This document shows positions 7,769 to 10,679 of a DNA stretch of 10,679 nucleotides, piece after piece; within the stretch, counting starts at the first letter, position 1; each line of letters opens with the position of its first letter. Source of the DNA: a virus (taxonomy: Duplodnaviria > Heunggongvirae > Uroviricota > Caudoviricetes); IMG/VR virus record IMGVR_UViG_2602041568_000012, one strand, 5' to 3'. Both the position numbers and the translations under genes were made by a program. The notes beneath the pieces were generated by a model. That model saw only the letters and a list, made by a program, of their open reading frames with translations. It was not told where the DNA came from and did no database searches.

Positions 7769-10679
7769 TCAACGAATACTGATGCCGGAAGCGGCTTTTT
7801 TGGTCACAATCACCGTACAGTCGGTGATATTGCCTGCCCCCTGATTGCCTTTATGGAAAACCTTAAACTCCAGAGTGACGCTTCCCCTGCCACTCGGCAT
7901 ATCAATAACCGCACTGTAGCTACCGGGAATGGCCCCTTTAGTTTCTCTGGATGCGATTAATACACCGTTTTTGCGAACTTCAAAACCATAACCCGTGTAT
8001 CTTGTACCTCCCGGGTTATTACCACTTCCCGGATCGCTATACGCTATTCCGTTAAAGATAATGGGCGGAATAATAATCTGACGGTCAAAGTTATGATCAT
8101 CGCTGATGGTGACTGTAACCGTCCCGTTTGGTGTTTCCGTATTACCCCACGTACCAGCCTGTTTCGGGAATGATTTGGATACAGCTTTAACGAAGTCACC
8201 TCTGACCTGAGTCGCCTCCAGCATGCCCTTAATCGTACAGTTTTCATTTACCGTGACATTGTTGAGCGTCCCGGCGTTCGCATTCACACTGCCACTGATA
8301 TCCGCATTTTTAGCGGTCAGCTTTCCGTCCGGTGTCAGGGAAAATGCCGGTGGATTTCCACCGCTGGTAATGGTGGGGGCCGTCAGGCGTTTCAGGAACA
8401 CGTCGTTCATGAATATCTGATCGCCCTGACCAACAAACATCGGTTTTGTGTTGCCATTCGCAGGATTAACCATCGCAATCCTGTCCGCCGCCAGCAGCAC
8501 CTGACTCTGCATGCCGTCAGGGGTGTTCTCAATACCGGCACCAATACCCGCGATATAAAGGCGTCCGTCCTGCATCTGCTGCAGCTTCACAGCCCACATG
8601 CTGTTCAGGTTATTATTTGTATCAACCTGAACTTTCTGTATCTGCTGGATTGCCGCACTCTGGTCTTCCAGTTTTTTATTGACGGTCTGCGTGATTTCAT
8701 TGCTGACATTCGTAATGGACGTCCTGATTTCAGCCAGGTCCGGCGCAAGCTGACCGTTATCAATCTGCGTCCACAGCTCCTGGGCCAGATGTGTTTTCCC
8801 GATTTCTCCTTTGAAAAAATCCAGGTAACCTTCCGCATCATCGCTCGCCCGACCGACAGCCTCCACGAATGCCGATTTGCCAACGGTGTTCACACTGCGA
8901 ACGTAAAAATAATAATCATGGCCCGGTTTGATATTGATACTGGCGGCTATCCAGTACAGCGCCGTACCAAGATAGCGGGCTGTGGTTTCAACCTGCCTGA
9001 TATCGGTAATCCGCTTTTCCGAGAACCAGAACTCAAACTGTACCGTCGGGTCATAAACCGCAAGATGCGGCGTGGCGGTTATCTGAAAATAGCCCGGCGT
9101 CAGCTCAATCCGCGACGGCGCTGCCGGTGCGGCAATCCGGAACGATACCGACGCCGGATCGCCCTGCTGCCCCCACGCATTTACTGCCCGGACTGTCAGC
9201 GTGTAGTTCCCCAGCGCCAGTTGTGTGAAGCGGTAAGTGGTTTCCGTCGTCCGGGCCGTGCTGACCAGCCGCTCACTGCCGTCATCCGCTGTTACGGTCA
9301 GACGGAGCAGGAAGCTCACGCCCTTCACCACCTTCGGCGTGTCCCAGCGCGCCAGCACCTGATATTCCCCGCTGTCTGCGGTGACTTCGGCAGTCAGGTG
9401 CTGCACCGCTGGCGGCGTGACACCATTCACCGTGCCGCTCTGGTCGCCGTCAAAGTGCGCCCCGTTATCCACGATGGCTTCTTTTTCCGGTACATGCTGC
9501 ACGGCGGTGATGGCATACGTGCCGTCATCGTTCTCACGGATACTCACGCAGCGGAACAGGCGCTGGCGCAGCGTCGGCAGCTTCAGCCCCCACACGCTGT
9601 ATTCGGCAACGCCGTCAGGAACACGGCTCACTTTCACCTTCACGCCGTCGGTGACGGACTGGACCTCCACGCTGACCGGATTGCCACTTCCGTCAACCAG
9701 GCTTATCAGCGTGGTACCGGAGGATGGCAGCGTGATTTCACGGTCGAGCGTCAGCGTCCGGGTCTGGCTGTTCACCGCCAGCACGCGCCCGCCGGTGCTG
9801 ATACCGGCATAGTCATCATCGCAGATTTCAATGACATCGCCCGGTACATGGCGAAGCCCTTCAGCACCCACGCTGAAGTCCACGGTCTGCGTTTCCAGCA
9901 GTTCCGTTTTAATCAGCCACAGCCCGGCGCGGTGTGCCTGCCCCCGGCTGGTACAGCCAAAGGCATCCATCTTCGTGACGTTACGACCGTAACGGGCAAT
10001 GGCCTGCGTATCCTCCACAAGCTCTGTCGCCGTCTCCCAGCCGTTGTTCGGGTCAATCCAGTTCACCTCAACGGCATTATGGCGGTCCTTNNNNNNNNNN
10101 NNNNNNNNNNNNNNNNNNNNNNNNNNNNNNNNNNNNNNNNNNATCGCCGAGCAGAAATCACTGAGCACATCCCACGCCTTGCGCTGCGTGGTCAGGTACG
10201 CATTACAGGTGATACGCGGCTCCGTGCCACCAAAGCCATCCGGCACCGACTGGTCGCAATTCTGGCCGATGACATACAGCGCCCATTTATCCACATCCGC
10301 CGCACCAAGACGTTTCCCCATGCCGTAGCGCGGATGGGTCAGCATATCCCACAGACACCAGGCCATGTTGTTGCTNNGTTCCGTCCCAGATACCGCTGTA
10401 TTGCCGCGTCTGCGGGTTATAGTTCGACGGCACCTGCAGAATGCGCCCGCGAAGATGATAATTACGGCTCACCTGCTGGCTGCCGAACTGCTCCGAATCC
10501 ACCTGCACGCCGACCAGTGCCGTGTTCGGGTAGCACTGTTTCACATCGATGATTTCGGTGTATGACGACCAGAGCGTTTTGTTCTGCAGCTGGTCTGTGG
10601 TGCTGTCCGGCGTCATCCTGCGCATCCGGATATTAAACGGGCGCGGCGGCAGGTTATCCACCACCACCGAGGCCAGATA
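7769..10679 (-). CDS. J: Tail tip / host specificity protein J (central tail fibre), partial: the 5' end lies beyond the right edge, and the gene is interrupted by an N-run and an NN pair
   Basis: Two minus-strand ORFs (7769..10366 and 10287..10667) both translate to lambda-J-like sequence ([56 protein letters not shown]... and [34 protein letters not shown]...). The reading frame also continues in frame to the window edge (codons at 10668..10679 give YLAS before VVVDNLPP). The frame change coincides with NN at 10376..10377. Confidence 0.9.
10091..10142. other. Run of 52 N (assembly gap or masked segment) inside J
   Basis: Seen directly; J-like translation resumes in the same frame on both sides. 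Confidence 1.
10376..10377. other. Two ambiguous bases (NN) coinciding with an apparent +1 frame change in J; probably a collapsed gap rather than a real frameshift
   Basis: The J-like frame valid upstream ends at ...GIWDG (codon 10380..10382) and the J-like frame valid downstream begins at SNN-MAWCLW (from 10375), leaving 4 nt between them including the NN. Lambda J, as recalled, has about 9 codons between these landmarks, so roughly 14 nt appear to be missing here. Confidence 0.7.

Larger units (their letters stand above)
1361..10679. mobile_element. Terminal portion of a lambdoid (Qin/Rac-like) prophage; host junction at about 1361..1400, element continues beyond the right edge
   Basis: Contiguous gene order J - lom - stf - tfa (lambda order) followed by a serine recombinase and a ydfK-like gene, abutting a truncated host transporter gene. 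Composition changes sharply from the AT-rich region 1361..2700 to the GC-rich tail genes. The left boundary is inferred from the point where the transporter reading frame ends (in-frame stop at 1364..1366). Confidence 0.75.

Noticed and set aside
8789-10552. 587-aa plus-strand ORF (and smaller ones at 9381..9812, 9999..10328, 10365..10565) antisense to J
   Set aside because: Antisense to a clearly conserved J reading frame in GC-rich DNA; the products are Arg-rich with no recognisable motifs and span the N-run.

Overview
This window looks like the terminal ~9.3 kb of a lambdoid (Qin/Rac-like) prophage of Escherichia coli or a close relative, joined to a host MFS transporter gene that the insertion has truncated. 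No novel multi-gene system (defence, toxin-antitoxin, CRISPR) is evident; the window is a well-known module class. All homology statements come from reading the supplied translations and from memory of the protein families, since no database search was possible. From left to right: a ydfJ-like MFS transporter gene (minus strand, 77..1360) that appears to lack its 5' end; an AT-rich accessory region (about 1361..2700) holding a ydfK/ynaE-type cold-shock gene and a possible 37-aa membrane-protein ORF; a PinQ/PinR-like serine recombinase gene (2697..3287); then, all on the minus strand, the lambda-order tail genes J - lom - stf - tfa, with hairpin terminators on both sides of lom and a one-base TAATG overlap between stf and tfa. 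J runs off the right edge of the window and contains a 52-N run and an NN pair that causes an apparent frame change, so J is probably intact in the real genome. The points most worth follow-up are the exact prophage-host junction, the small unlisted ORF, the pin gene with no visible alternative fibre cassette, the mosaic side tail fibre and the divergent C-terminus of J.
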